Notes: generated by a model from the letters alone, not told the origin. 64,000 nt of DNA from Alphaproteobacteria bacterium (GCA_965228895.1 OZ245842.1:2720001-2784000), one strand, 5' to 3'; shown: positions 19,388-29,681, numbered from the stretch's first letter. A program made the numbers and translations.

Positions 19388-20389
19388 TCAATGCCGGCTC
19401 AAGTAGGCCTCGGCCAGATCGCAGCTGTCGCGCGTGAAGTCATGGCCGATCTCACGCGCGAACGCCAATCGCTGATACTGATAGCCGACCCAGCCAACGA
19501 GCTGCAGGCGGCGTAGCATGATGAGCGTCCAGATCTCCGCCTCGGCATCGGCAGGCACGCTGGCGACACGCCGGTATCCGGCAAGCCAGCTCGCGATCAG
19601 ATCGGGCACGTCGGGCCTTTCCTCCAGGAAACTCAGCGCCGTCGCGAGATCATAGAGGAACCAACCGAAACCCAGATCGTCGAAATCGATGATCGCCGTG
19701 CGATCGCCTTCGACCAGCAGGTTCGCCAGGCGCAGATCCGCGTGGATCAGCCCGAAATGATCGTTGTCGACAGGCAGTGCGCCCAGGCGCTCGCGGACCG
19801 CGCTATCGACGCGCGACAGCAGCGCCAGCGTCTCGCCGGCAACATCGATCCCATCCCGCCAGCTCTGCCAGTTCAGTTTGTCGTCGAGAATGACCTCGGC
19901 GGAGAGCGTCGGGCGATGGAACCCCTCAGGCGGCTGCCAAGCCCGCGCCGCCTGGTGCATTTCCGCCGATATTCCACCGAGTCTCTCGAAACCTTCGACC
20001 AGGTTGTCCTCGTCCGGCTCGCTGCCGGCAATGAAACTGTAGACCACCGCGTGGCGCGGCCGGTCGAGGTCGCTTGCATGCATGGTCTGCACCAGCCTGC
20101 CGTCACGCGCCGGCTTGACCTTGGGCACGACGATGTCGGTGTTGTCGTGCAGGTGCATCAACCAGCGCATCTCCGATGCAATCTGGTCAGGCTCGTGATA
20201 GGTCAGCCGTCCGGAGCTGACACGAACGACATCCTTCTGCCCCGACACCGGATCGTCGACGACATAAACCTTGTTTTCCGACTCACTCAACAAGCGCACC
20301 GTCGTCTTGTCGGAGTAATCGTAGCGGTCGAGAAGATGGGCAGTTTCGCGCGCCAGCGCGGCGATGAGTTCGGCGGTATCTTGAACCAT
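19388..20389 (-). CDS. aminoglycoside phosphotransferase / type II homoserine kinase-like protein
   Basis: SEN.VY.V, GLIHADLRLANLL (Brenner motif), IIDFDD.G.GW..YDLA. Confidence 0.85.
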   Translation of the reverse strand: MVQDTAELIAALARETAHLLDRYDYSDKTTVRLLSESENKVYVVDDPVSGQKDVVRVSSGRLTYHEPDQIASEMRWLMHLHDNTDIVVPKVKPARDGRLVQTMHASDLDRPRHAVVYSFIAGSEPDEDNLVEGFERLGGISAEMHQAARAWQPPEGFHRPTLSAEVILDDKLNWQSWRDGIDVAGETLALLSRVDSAVRERLGALPVDNDHFGLIHADLRLANLLVEGDRTAIIDFDDLGFGWFLYDLATALSFLEERPDVPDLIASWLAGYRRVASVPADAEAEIWTLIMLRRLQLVGWVGYQYQRLAFAREIGHDFTRDSCDLAEAYLSRH

Positions 20390-20396
20390 AGACGCG

Positions 20397-21173
20397 CTAG
20401 AGCGTGCCGCTATAGCTGCCGCCATCCATGACAAGGTTCTGCCCGGTGATGTAGCCGGCGTGCACGCTGCACAGAAAAGCGCAGGCGGCGCCGAACTCGT
20501 CGGCCTCGCCGAAGCGGCCGGCGGGATTGCTTTGGGCTTCGCGCTTCATGGTCGCTTCGAAGTCCTCATCGTTTTGGGCGCGCTTGGTCATGGTCTGGCG
20601 CAGACGGTCGGTGTTGAACGGGCCGGGCAACAGGCCGTTGATGGTGACGTTGTGGCGCACGGTTTCGCGCGACAGCCCGGCGACAAAACCGGTCAGGCCG
20701 GCACGCGCACCGTTGGAGAGGCCGAGGATCGGGATCGGCGATTTGACCGCGGCCGAGGTGATGTTGACAACGCGACCGAACCCGCGATCGATCATGCCGT
20801 CCACCGTTGCCTTGATGAGGAAGATTGCCGACAGCATGTTGGCGTCGAGCGCCTTGATCCAGTCGTCGCGGTCCCAGTCGCGGAAATCACCGGGCGGCGG
20901 ACCGCCCGCATTGTTGACCAGGATGTCCGGCGCGGGACAGGCCTCGAGCAGCGCCTGGCGTCCCTCGTCGGTCGTGGCGTCAGCCGGGACCGGTATCGCG
21001 CGTACGCCTGTCGCCGACGCAACCTCGCGGGCCGTCGCCTCGACGGTCTCGGCCGTGCGTCCGTTGATCACGACATCGACCCCTTCCCTGGCAAGCGCCA
21101 TGGCGCAGCCCTTGCCCAGCCCCTTGCTGGAGGCGCAAACGATGGCCGACTTGCCGGCTAGTCCGAGGTCCAT
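20397..21173 (-). CDS. SDR family oxidoreductase
   Basis: ASSKGLG, DILVNNAGGPPPG, SN..RAGL (atypical active site), PG...TDR. Confidence 0.92.
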   Translation of the reverse strand: MDLGLAGKSAIVCASSKGLGKGCAMALAREGVDVVINGRTAETVEATAREVASATGVRAIPVPADATTDEGRQALLEACPAPDILVNNAGGPPPGDFRDWDRDDWIKALDANMLSAIFLIKATVDGMIDRGFGRVVNITSAAVKSPIPILGLSNGARAGLTGFVAGLSRETVRHNVTINGLLPGPFNTDRLRQTMTKRAQNDEDFEATMKREAQSNPAGRFGEADEFGAACAFLCSVHAGYITGQNLVMDGGSYSGTL

Positions 21174-21868
21174 GCTTCATCTCCCGTGAACGATGCCTGT
21201 TGTTCGAGGACGCGGCGTGCCAGTGGTATGGTGATGTTGCGCCGCTCGGCGAGCGACAGGCTGTCGAGACTTTCGACCAGACTGCCGACAGCGGCGAACG
21301 AACGTTCCATGCGCATGACGAGATAATCAATCACATCATCGGCAACGCGTAGCTGCCGATCGTCGAACAGTTTGACCAGAACGGCCGCCAGGAGACCATC
21401 ATCGGGCGCCGTCACCGCGACAGTCGGTATGGCGGCCAGACGCGACATCAGGTCGGGCAGAGCGATCGTCCAGCGCGCTGGCGCGTCACGCCCGGTCAGC
21501 ATCAAGAAACCGTCTTCTTCGCGAACCAGATTGATGACGTGGAACAAGGCTTCCTCATCGACGCCGCGATCGGAGTCTTCAACCACCAACCGGTGCTCAG
21601 GTCCCAACGCATCGATCACGTTGGCAACCGTCAACGCGCTCGCCGCGATCAGGCGCGCGCCTGACCGGTGCTGCCAGACATGGGCCAGGTGGCTCTTACC
21701 GCTAGCCGCCGGTCCATAGAGCGCCAGCGCCCGGCCCGGCCAGTCGGGCCAGCGGTCGAGCCAAGCGACGGCATCGCGGTTGGCGTCAGCGACGACAAAA
21801 TCCTCGGCGTCGAGCGCATGGCGGTGTTCGAACGAAAGCGGGATCTGGTCGGCCGTCACGGTCGTCAA
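21158..21868 (-). CDS. hda: DnaA regulatory inactivator HdaA
   Basis: QIPLSF clamp-binding motif, F.V..AN..A, WPDWP, GP..SGKSHL, LPDL.SRL, R.ERS. Confidence 0.92.
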   Translation of the reverse strand: MTTVTADQIPLSFEHRHALDAEDFVVADANRDAVAWLDRWPDWPGRALALYGPAASGKSHLAHVWQHRSGARLIAASALTVANVIDALGPEHRLVVEDSDRGVDEEALFHVINLVREEDGFLMLTGRDAPARWTIALPDLMSRLAAIPTVAVTAPDDGLLAAVLVKLFDDRQLRVADDVIDYLVMRMERSFAAVGSLVESLDSLSLAERRNITIPLARRVLEQQASFTGDEAWTSD

Positions 21869-22959
21869 AGTGGGTAGATGAGCCAGATGTCGCCCCGTTC
21901 GACGAGCGCCAGGCCCTGTTGGCGCAAGGTCGACTGCAGTCGTTGAACGTCGCCGAGGTAGCGCAGGTTAACGCGTGCGCTCTTGGCCGACAGGACAATC
22001 GTCTCGACGTCCTGGATGAGCGCCGTGCCCGACAGGACCCGGCGCATCTCCAACCAATTGGCGAGGTCATCGAACGACACGTCGACAACGATCTCATCCT
22101 GGGAATCAGGCGTCAGGAGATTGGCCATCTTCCACGTCTCGTTGACGCTTTCATCGGCAACCATGACGGCGTTCACCAGGTCGCCGGCGCTCAACGACGG
22201 GACAACGCGTGAGCCGAGGATGGGCACCTGCTCACCAATCGCCTCGGTATAGGTGACTAGCGATAGGCTGTTCGAATTGCCCGCCTCGATGGTGGCGACC
22301 AGAACACCTTGAGCGCCGTAGCGTTCGGCCAGCGGCTCCATCAGGGCCCAATTGCCTTGGACCGCGTCTTCGGCATCGAGCGACAGCAGGTCGGAGAGAT
22401 CGCCGAACGGCGCGCGCAGCGCGATTAGACCATGGCCCGGCGGCGCGTTCTGCCATGCTTGCAGCCACACGGCGTCGCCTTCCGACCACAGCAGCGGCGT
22501 ACCGCCGCGCACCAGAACCGGCAGCACCAACAGGGTCGGCCCGGGCGATTCGGCGAACGGAATGTTCTGAACGCTGAGCAGCGAGCGGACAGCTTCCGCA
22601 TTAAAGCGATAGGTTAGGTTTGCGACGTAACGTTCGGAAGATACACGTTCTTCGTCGACACCAAAACTACGCACCAAATCGGTCAACTGGCCCTGGCCAG
22701 CGCTGATCGCACGCTGCTGATCGCCGACCGGCACCAGGCGCTGCATGAGGAACCGCCAGGCCATCTGCTGGCCGTTGGCGAGCGCCGTGTTGCGTGCGGC
22801 GTCGGCGCTGTCGGCGGTTTCGTCGACCATCACGTTGCGGACCACGAAGGCGTCCTGGGCATGCGCCGGAACGAGACCGTTGAGGCCCGCGGCGAACGTT
22901 ACCAATCCTACTGAAACAACAAGGAGCCTGAGGCCCCATCGGCGAGGGTTTTGCCGCAT
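21865..22959 (-). CDS. DUF2066 domain exported protein
   Basis: Signal peptide (AHA-Q), V.VD.TA.SA..AR..A, LV.SF.V..E..S..RY.A.L...FN..AVR..L, P.GDL.D; standard position between purM and hda. The upstream part of the ORF-track frame is antisense to purM. Confidence 0.85.
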   Translation of the reverse strand: MRQNPRRWGLRLLVVSVGLVTFAAGLNGLVPAHAQDAFVVRNVMVDETADSADAARNTALANGQQMAWRFLMQRLVPVGDQQRAISAGQGQLTDLVRSFGVDEERVSSERYVANLTYRFNAEAVRSLLSVQNIPFAESPGPTLLVLPVLVRGGTPLLWSEGDAVWLQAWQNAPPGHGLIALRAPFGDLSDLLSLDAEDAVQGNWALMEPLAERYGAQGVLVATIEAGNSNSLSLVTYTEAIGEQVPILGSRVVPSLSAGDLVNAVMVADESVNETWKMANLLTPDSQDEIVVDVSFDDLANWLEMRRVLSGTALIQDVETIVLSAKSARVNLRYLGDVQRLQSTLRQQGLALVERGDIWLIYPL

Positions 22960-23028
22960 TGCAAAGACGTTCCCATGACGTATGTTGAGCCGACGATAAC
23001 AGACCGCCGTTCGGGGAGCGAGGCCGCC

Positions 23029-24102
23029 ATGACAGGCCTGACCTATAGGGACGCAGGCGTCGATATTGATGCCGGCGAGAGTGTGGTTGAGGCGATCAAG
23101 CCGCTGGCCCGCGCAACCATGCGTCCGGGCGCCGATGCCGCGCTTGGCGGTTTCGGCGGCGTCTTCGACCCGCGCGCCGCCGGTTTTGAAGACCCCCTTT
23201 TGGTCTCCGGCACCGACAGCGTCGGCACCAAGTTGAAGCTGGCGATCGATGTCGGTGTCCACGACACCGTGGGGATCGATTGCGTCGCCATGTGCGCGAA
23301 TGATGTGCTCGTCCAAGGCGCCGAACCTCTGTTCTTTCTGGACTATATCGGCATCGGCCAGATGGAGGTCGATCTGGCCCGCGACCTCGTTGCCGGTGTG
23401 GCGGAGGGCTGCCGTCAGGCCGGGTGCGCCTTGATCGGCGGTGAGTCCGCCGAACTGCCGGGGCTCTATGCCGCCGGCGATTACGATCTCGTCGGTTTTT
23501 GCTGCGGCGCCGTCGAACGCGATGGCCTGCTGCCACGCGATGACATGGCCGCCGGCGACGTGATCCTGGCTCTGGCGTCCAGCGGCGTGCACTCCAACGG
23601 CTTTTCGCTGGTGCGTAAGGCCATCGCCCTGCGCGGCCTTGATCTGGCCGACGACGCGCCGTTCCAGCCCGGCACCAGCTTAGGGATAGCTCTGCTCGAG
23701 CCGACGCGCATCTACGTCAAGAGCTGCCTTGCTGCGATCAAGGGCGGCGGGGTGAAGGCGCTGTGCCACATCACCGGCGGCGGATTGACCGAAAACATTC
23801 CACGCGTCCTGCCCGATCACCTCAGCGCACACGTGACGGCAGGCTCCTGGCAGGTCCCCGCCGTCTTCCCATGGCTTGCGACCGGCCACCAGGGTTCGGG
23901 TATCACCGCCCAAGAGATGGCCCGCACCTTTAACTGCGGCGTTGGCATGATCGTTATCGCCGCGCCCGAAGACGCCGAGACCGTCGCGACAACCCTTCGC
24001 GATGCCGGAGAGTCGGTGTGGCCGATCGGCGAACTCGTCGCGCGCGATGACGCCGGGCCGTTGACGATCGACAACCTCGACAGCGACTGGCTCAAAGGCT
24101 GA
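23029..24102 (+). CDS. purM: phosphoribosylformylglycinamidine cyclo-ligase
   Basis: [26 protein letters not shown] (usually DGVGTK), [27 protein letters not shown]. Confidence 0.97.
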   Translation: MTGLTYRDAGVDIDAGESVVEAIKPLARATMRPGADAALGGFGGVFDPRAAGFEDPLLVSGTDSVGTKLKLAIDVGVHDTVGIDCVAMCANDVLVQGAEPLFFLDYIGIGQMEVDLARDLVAGVAEGCRQAGCALIGGESAELPGLYAAGDYDLVGFCCGAVERDGLLPRDDMAAGDVILALASSGVHSNGFSLVRKAIALRGLDLADDAPFQPGTSLGIALLEPTRIYVKSCLAAIKGGGVKALCHITGGGLTENIPRVLPDHLSAHVTAGSWQVPAVFPWLATGHQGSGITAQEMARTFNCGVGMIVIAAPEDAETVATTLRDAGESVWPIGELVARDDAGPLTIDNLDSDWLKG

Positions 24103-24110
24103 GGCTGGCG

Positions 24111-24755
24111 ATGAAGGTTGCGGTGTTCATTTCCGGGCGCGGCAGCAATCTGCAGGCGCTGATCGACCGCTGCGCGGACGGCACGATCCCCGCCGAGATC
24201 GGCTTGGTCCTGTCGAACCGGCCGGACGCCCAAGGTTTGACGCGGGCCGATCAGGCCGGCATCCCGACCGCCGTTGTCGACCACAAGACGTTCAGTACGC
24301 GTGACGACTTCGATGCGGTGCTCGACCGCACGGCGCGCAAGGCCGGCTGCACGTTCATCTGCCTGGCCGGCTTCATGCGGATCCTGACCGATCGGTTCAC
24401 GCGCAACTGGCGCGACCGCATGATCAACATCCATCCGTCGCTGTTGCCCGCCTTTCCGGGCATCAACTGCCATGCCCGCGCGATTGAAGCCGGCGTACGG
24501 ATCTCCGGCGCGACCGTCCACTTCAGCCGGCCCGAACTGGATGCCGGACCGATCATCGTTCAGGGCGCCGTACCGGTTCTGCCCGACGACGACGAGGACG
24601 CACTCGCGGCGCGGATTCTCGATGTCGAGCACCAGATCTATCCTCTGGCGCTGAAGCTGATTGCCCAAGGCCGCATCACCGTGCGCAACGAGATCGTCCG
24701 GATCGACGACGCCGACTTTGTCGACGGCATCATGATCAATCCGTTGCCGGATTAG
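24111..24755 (+). CDS. purN: phosphoribosylglycinamide formyltransferase
   Basis: ISGRGSNLQAL, LAGFMRIL, INIHPSLLP, GATVH, D.GPII.Q, EH..YP. Confidence 0.97.
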   Translation: MKVAVFISGRGSNLQALIDRCADGTIPAEIGLVLSNRPDAQGLTRADQAGIPTAVVDHKTFSTRDDFDAVLDRTARKAGCTFICLAGFMRILTDRFTRNWRDRMINIHPSLLPAFPGINCHARAIEAGVRISGATVHFSRPELDAGPIIVQGAVPVLPDDDEDALAARILDVEHQIYPLALKLIAQGRITVRNEIVRIDDADFVDGIMINPLPD

Positions 24756-25171
24756 ATCATTTAACGCTTACGCGTAGCCGGTGATGCCAACGAGACCAGA
24801 AATGTACTAGGCGAGCACGTCACGCAGGGCGATAATCGCCGTCGTCAGATCGTCCTTCGGCCGCAGCGTGTTTGTACCCAACCCATGGGACGTGCGCCGG
24901 ACAAACAACATGTCTAGCCCTTGGCTTTCCAGGCACTCCTAAGACGCACCGTCGCCATTCAAAATGCGATCGCGTTGAGTGCAGGGCGACCGCACAAGCA
25001 CACGACCCCACGGTTGCAGGTGCGAGTTTCCAGGCCTACACTTTCAACTATTGCGAGCCCACCGATCCAATGCCACAAATCTCTCATGGGCTAAGGTTGG
25101 TGAACACAGAGTAGCTCTGTGTACGTAGGGCATTTGAACACCTTCTTGACACCGAGATACGGGGGTTAGGC

Positions 25172-26311
25172 ATGGGTGTAAATCAGTGGCTAGATAAAGT
25201 GGTTAGCGAGACCTATGAAGCTGCCTTAGATGGCGCCCGCTGGACTTCAGTCCTTCGCCTAATTGAATCCAAATTTCATGGAGTGAGCGCCACTTACTTT
25301 GTTCTTGATAGACGAAACCATCGAATACGACATTGGTCAGATCGAAACATCGAACAGTCGGGTGTGAAGGAGTATGACGCATACTATGCGTCCATTGATC
25401 CGCGAATACAGTATGCCGAAAAATACAGTTGTTCTGGATCCACTATTTATGATTATCTACATTCGAGCGAAGAGAGTATATCATCAAGTGAATACTACAA
25501 CTGGCTTTCCGAGCGCGACCACCGCTATTACATTGCAGGTATCACCCTACACGATCCGGCTCGCCTAGGCGTCATATCTGTACAGCGCAATGCCAATGGT
25601 GGACACGTCAGCGAGACCGAGATTGCCTTGTTTCGCGAGCTAGTGCCGCATTTTGCTCGAGCGACTCGGATAAGCGACAAAATTGGCTACGTTTCGTTGT
25701 TTGAGAACTCGATGCTGCAGATCATTGATCAGTTGCCATTCGCTGCACTGTTGTTAGATGACCTCGGCAAATGCGTCTACGTGAATCAATTGGGTGAAGC
25801 AGCACTTTCTCGCCATGATGGGTTTAGGATCAGACCAGACGGCAAACTCCAGGCTGCGGACACGCTCAGCGACGAGAGGCTTCAACACGCTGTTGCCCGC
25901 GCAATACGTTACTCGGTCGATCAAACCACCCGTCCGCCAAAGGAAGCGGTCTCTATCCGACGGAACACTTGCCGGAACGCCTACATCGCGTTTGCACTCC
26001 CTCTGATACATCGTGATGGCTTTGGGGGGCTTCGCACTCCAACTGTTCTTGTTCTTCTTAGAGACCCAGACCATGAGTTTCAGGTCGAATGTGATCGTAT
26101 TCAATCAGTCTTCGAGCTGACAGCTGCGGAGGCAAGGGCAGTCTGTGCACTCTGTGGCGGGCAAAGCCAAGGAGCGTACGCTCGAAAGACTGGGCTATCT
26201 ATCGAGACCGTGCGGTCACACGTGAAGAGAGCTCTCGAAAAAACAGATACTCACAAACAGGCTGAACTTGTCGCGTTGATACTACGAACCTTGTCGGGCC
26301 TCCCTAAGTAG
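25172..26311 (+). CDS. LuxR/CsgD-type HTH transcriptional regulator with N-terminal GAF-like and PAS-like sensor domains
   Basis: N-terminal YEAALD..W..L, L.PH..RA, PAS-like A.LLD..G..VYVN..G, C-terminal F.LT.AEA......G.S....A...GLS.ETVRSHVK....KT.T.KQAELV. Confidence 0.9.
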   Translation: MGVNQWLDKVVSETYEAALDGARWTSVLRLIESKFHGVSATYFVLDRRNHRIRHWSDRNIEQSGVKEYDAYYASIDPRIQYAEKYSCSGSTIYDYLHSSEESISSSEYYNWLSERDHRYYIAGITLHDPARLGVISVQRNANGGHVSETEIALFRELVPHFARATRISDKIGYVSLFENSMLQIIDQLPFAALLLDDLGKCVYVNQLGEAALSRHDGFRIRPDGKLQAADTLSDERLQHAVARAIRYSVDQTTRPPKEAVSIRRNTCRNAYIAFALPLIHRDGFGGLRTPTVLVLLRDPDHEFQVECDRIQSVFELTAAEARAVCALCGGQSQGAYARKTGLSIETVRSHVKRALEKTDTHKQAELVALILRTLSGLPK

Positions 26312-26374
26312 TCGAAGCAACTGCCCAACAGTCAGCGCAGTCAATGATTGGTTGGGCGAAGCCGCGAAGTGGCA

Positions 26375-26390
26375 TCACCCGTTTGGGTGA
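26375..26390. promoter_or_regulatory. palindromic operator candidate TCACCC-GTTT-GGGTGA
   Basis: Perfect 6+6 inverted repeat with a 4-bp spacer, between the regulator and the downstream ORF. Confidence 0.5.
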
Positions 26391-26626
26391 CGCGGGCTAC
26401 AGCACCCAATTGATAATCTGCTCAAGTCGACGATGTAGGGTGAGGCTGGAGCAAAAAGCTCGTTGACTGAACGTGTGGCAAGACAGTCGGCGAATCACAG
26501 GTGCAGTGCTAGCGGGATATCGCTACGCCCATACCTCAGCCCGCGCGTCAACCAGACTCAGCTGCATGTCGAAGTGTCAGTTGGGTCTGACGAACAACAG
26601 ATGGCCTCATCGTGACGGAGGGATTG

Positions 26627-27511
26627 ATGGACTGCCTTAGTACACTAGTGACTAGCACTTATCGGGAGGGCTCTGAGTGGAACCGGGACTACAGGCTTTC
26701 TCAGTATGTATCCAAGGAAAGCTATGATCGACTTAAGCAAGACCTTTCAGCAGATGCGATCGTCTATCGCATTCCGCTGGGCGGAAGCTACTCAGATTAC
26801 AAAGCGAAATCTCGACGGATGGTTAGACGTAGCAACGCATCTTTGACTGAGGCACAGGCCCATAACGTCCTGTGGACTGGGCTTGATCAAGACTCGCTAC
26901 CTGCGTTCCAGGCATGTGTGAGGGCTGCAAGTTACGGCCTGTTTCTACATGCCGGCAAAGCGACGGAACAACATGTTGAACTGCTCCTCAGCTACAGACC
27001 AACACCTGAGGGCGACGAAGACCTGAAGCTCAAATGGTCGGGCCCGACTGACGGTCTAGACCTACCTAGCACAATTGACGCACACGGCGAGAACACAATC
27101 ATAATCGACAGGCCCTCGAGCGACGAGGAAGAGCGACTAATCGCCGCAAATGGAGAAGGTGGGATTTCAACCGGGGCGGTGCACATCACTGCCTATCCGC
27201 CTCCACCTCCGGAACTTCCTGTACCAGCTTGGGCTCAAGCTCAAGTTTATCTTGGCGGAGGCTCTCACACACTAGGGGAAGGTTACGAGCTAAGGAACAT
27301 CAGGTATTGGCCCCTCGATCAGCCACATACACACGCTTTCCGTTTTGACGTCTTCGGCTCGAATGGATTACTGAGGTCAGATGTTCCCTATGAGGGCCGC
27401 AACCAACCGCAATGGACGAAAAAGACGATTGAGATTGACGGTTACGTCCTGGAATTTGGATTCTCCCACTGGAATGACTACATGGGGACCCTTCACTACA
27501 GGATGTATTGA
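26627..27511 (+). CDS. hypothetical multidomain protein with a poly-Pro linker
   Basis: 294-codon ORF, GGAGGG RBS before ATG 26627, PPPPPELP linker; no family recognised. Confidence 0.7.
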   Translation: MDCLSTLVTSTYREGSEWNRDYRLSQYVSKESYDRLKQDLSADAIVYRIPLGGSYSDYKAKSRRMVRRSNASLTEAQAHNVLWTGLDQDSLPAFQACVRAASYGLFLHAGKATEQHVELLLSYRPTPEGDEDLKLKWSGPTDGLDLPSTIDAHGENTIIIDRPSSDEEERLIAANGEGGISTGAVHITAYPPPPPELPVPAWAQAQVYLGGGSHTLGEGYELRNIRYWPLDQPHTHAFRFDVFGSNGLLRSDVPYEGRNQPQWTKKTIEIDGYVLEFGFSHWNDYMGTLHYRMY

Positions 27512-27628
27512 AGGACAATCCAGTCGGCTGACGGAGTTTTGGGCGTATTCTGCAGATTGCCGTAGCCATTCTCGCGTCACTTAAGCGGCTACGCAAAGAG
27601 ATGTGCGGTGCAGCAGCCTGTTGCCGGG

Positions 27629-28702
27629 CTATGCGAGGACGTCGCGCAGGGCTTCGATCGCTGTCTGCAGATCGTCTTCCGGCCCCAACGTCACCCGCAG
27701 ACAATCCGGCAGCTTGTAGCCGCCCATCGGCCGAAAAATGACGTCGCGCTGTTTCAGGGCATCAAAGACACCGGCCGCCTGATCGGCTCCGCCGGGAAAC
27801 CGCACGAGTACATAGTTGCCATGACCGGGGACGGGCTCAAGGCCCATCGACGTCACCGCGCCTTCGAACATCGTGCGAAGGCGATTGGTGAGATCGCGGT
27901 GACGGTCGACATGCGCGGTGTCACGGACTGCGGCGTGAGCGGCAGCAAGCGACGGCGCCGTCAGACTGTTGGGCAGTCGCAACCTGTGCACCATGTCAAT
28001 CACGTCCTGCGAGCCATAGGCCCAGCCGATGCGCAGACCGGCCAGGCCGTGCATCTTGGAGAACGTGTGGAGCACCACCGTGCGCGCACTTTCGCGCGCC
28101 AACGCAAGGCCATCGTCGTAGGCGGGGTCATTGACAAACTCGCCATAGGCGGCGTCCAGAACCAGCAACACATGGTCCGGCAGGGCACGTTCCAGTGCGC
28201 GGACCGTCTCGGCCTCCAGCAACGTCCCCGTCGGGTTGTTCGGATTGGCGAGGAACAGGATGCGGGTTTCCGGCGTTACCGCGCGCAGCAGGTGATCTAT
28301 GTCGACGGTCATGCCCGGTTCCTCGGCACGCACCGCACGGCCACCGGCAATGCGTGTGGCGGTATCGAAGAACAGATAGCCGTAGCGGCTGGTCAGAGCT
28401 TCGGTACCGGGCCCAAGATAAGCGAGCGCCAGATAAAGAATCACCTCCATCGATCCGGCTGTGCACACGATACGTTCGGGCTCGATATCGTGGATCTCGC
28501 CGAGCGCGTCGCGCAGAGTTCGCGCGTCAGTATCGGGATAGATCTGCGGCCGCGCCATCGCTTCTCGCGCCGCTTCGATCGCATGGCGGCTGGGCGGGAT
28601 GGCGGCTTCGTTCGACGCCAGTTGGATGGCGCCTGGGTTGCCGATCTCCGGGAGTTCATAAGGCGACAACACCTCGAGATAGGATTGCGCGATAAGCGGC
28701 AT
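27629..28702 (-). CDS. histidinol-phosphate aminotransferase-like (HisC family) PLP enzyme
   Basis: LASNE, YPD, GS.E.I, NPNNPTG, D.AY.EF, TFSK.HGLAGLRIG. Confidence 0.88.
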   Translation of the reverse strand: MPLIAQSYLEVLSPYELPEIGNPGAIQLASNEAAIPPSRHAIEAAREAMARPQIYPDTDARTLRDALGEIHDIEPERIVCTAGSMEVILYLALAYLGPGTEALTSRYGYLFFDTATRIAGGRAVRAEEPGMTVDIDHLLRAVTPETRILFLANPNNPTGTLLEAETVRALERALPDHVLLVLDAAYGEFVNDPAYDDGLALARESARTVVLHTFSKMHGLAGLRIGWAYGSQDVIDMVHRLRLPNSLTAPSLAAAHAAVRDTAHVDRHRDLTNRLRTMFEGAVTSMGLEPVPGHGNYVLVRFPGGADQAAGVFDALKQRDVIFRPMGGYKLPDCLRVTLGPEDDLQTAIEALRDVLA

Positions 28703-29655
28703 CAGTATCCCCTGACTGGATCGACGATGTTGAAACGTTCTTGACCGGCAAGGTGGCGGCCAAGGTTGTCGGCGAAAATGTCGAGCGCCGCTGCTTCCCA
28801 GCCCTCGAACACCGCGCAGCTATGGGGCGTGATGATCACGTTATCCATATCCCAGAACGGCGCGTCTTCGGGCATCGGTTCGGGATCGTAGACGTCCAGC
28901 GCGGCGCCACCGACCTGACCATTTTTTAGCGCACTTTCCAGTGCCACCGCATCAACCACCCCTCCACGCGACACATCGACGAGATAGGCGCCCGGCTTCA
29001 TCGCCGCGAAAGCAGCGGTGTCGATCATGCCGAGGGTTTGTGATGTGCGCGGGACGCACACGGCGACGACATCCGCGCCCGCCAGCGCGCTGTGAAGGTC
29101 GTCGGTGCCATAGACTTCGTCGACATGGGCCATCGGCTGTGGCCTGGCGCGTGTGCCGACCACGCGTATGCCAAGTGCCGACGCCTTCGCGGCAAGCGCC
29201 TGGCCGGTACTGCCCAAGCCGACGATTGCCATCGTCAGGCCGCGCAGGTCGCGAACCGTTCCCGGGCACCATTCGTGGCGTGCCTGGGCACGCATGAAAA
29301 ACGGGAACCGCATAGCAAGCGCAACGACTGAACCAATTGCGTACCAGGCCATGGATTCTGCTGCGACACCGGCGCCGTTGGTGACGGTTAGACGTTCCGG
29401 ATCCCACGCGCCCAGATGATCGGCACCGACGCCGCCGATCGCGATCCAATCCAGGCCGGGCGACGTCTTGAGCGCGTCCGCGGGGTAAGGCCGATCCTCG
29501 AAACGAATGTGGAACTGAACCTGTGGCTGAAGCTCAGCCAGCGTGGCCGGCAACGCGGCGTAGCTGCCGCAGCCGTGAACCTCGATGTCGGGGAACCGGG
29601 CCGCGAGCCGTTCAACGAGCGGCTGCGGATCGGCATCATGAATGAGGACACGCAT
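28702..29655 (-). CDS. D-2-hydroxyacid dehydrogenase (NAD-binding)
   Basis: G.G.DH, GLGSTG Rossmann motif, VSRG.VVD, ALDV..PEP, ITPH. Confidence 0.92.
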   Translation of the reverse strand: MRVLIHDADPQPLVERLAARFPDIEVHGCGSYAALPATLAELQPQVQFHIRFEDRPYPADALKTSPGLDWIAIGGVGADHLGAWDPERLTVTNGAGVAAESMAWYAIGSVVALAMRFPFFMRAQARHEWCPGTVRDLRGLTMAIVGLGSTGQALAAKASALGIRVVGTRARPQPMAHVDEVYGTDDLHSALAGADVVAVCVPRTSQTLGMIDTAAFAAMKPGAYLVDVSRGGVVDAVALESALKNGQVGGAALDVYDPEPMPEDAPFWDMDNVIITPHSCAVFEGWEAAALDIFADNLGRHLAGQERFNIVDPVRGY

Positions 29656-29681
29656 CGTCGCCGCGCCTCCCCGGTTCGGTG

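Larger units (their letters stand above)
24760..27600. other. lower-GC islet, probably horizontally acquired
   Basis: Visibly more AT-rich than the flanks, with many A/T-ending codons (CTA, ATA, TTA); lies between purN and the aminotransferase; no integrase or transposase seen. Confidence 0.7.

Noticed and set aside
21865-23592. 575-aa extended DUF2066 ORF
   Set aside because: The first ~210 codons are antisense to purM; the signal peptide begins at ATG 22959
24772-27594. 9-bp inverted match (GCGTAGCCG / CGGCTACGC) at the islet ends as terminal repeats
   Set aside because: Does not extend, no target-site duplication and no transposase; compatible with chance
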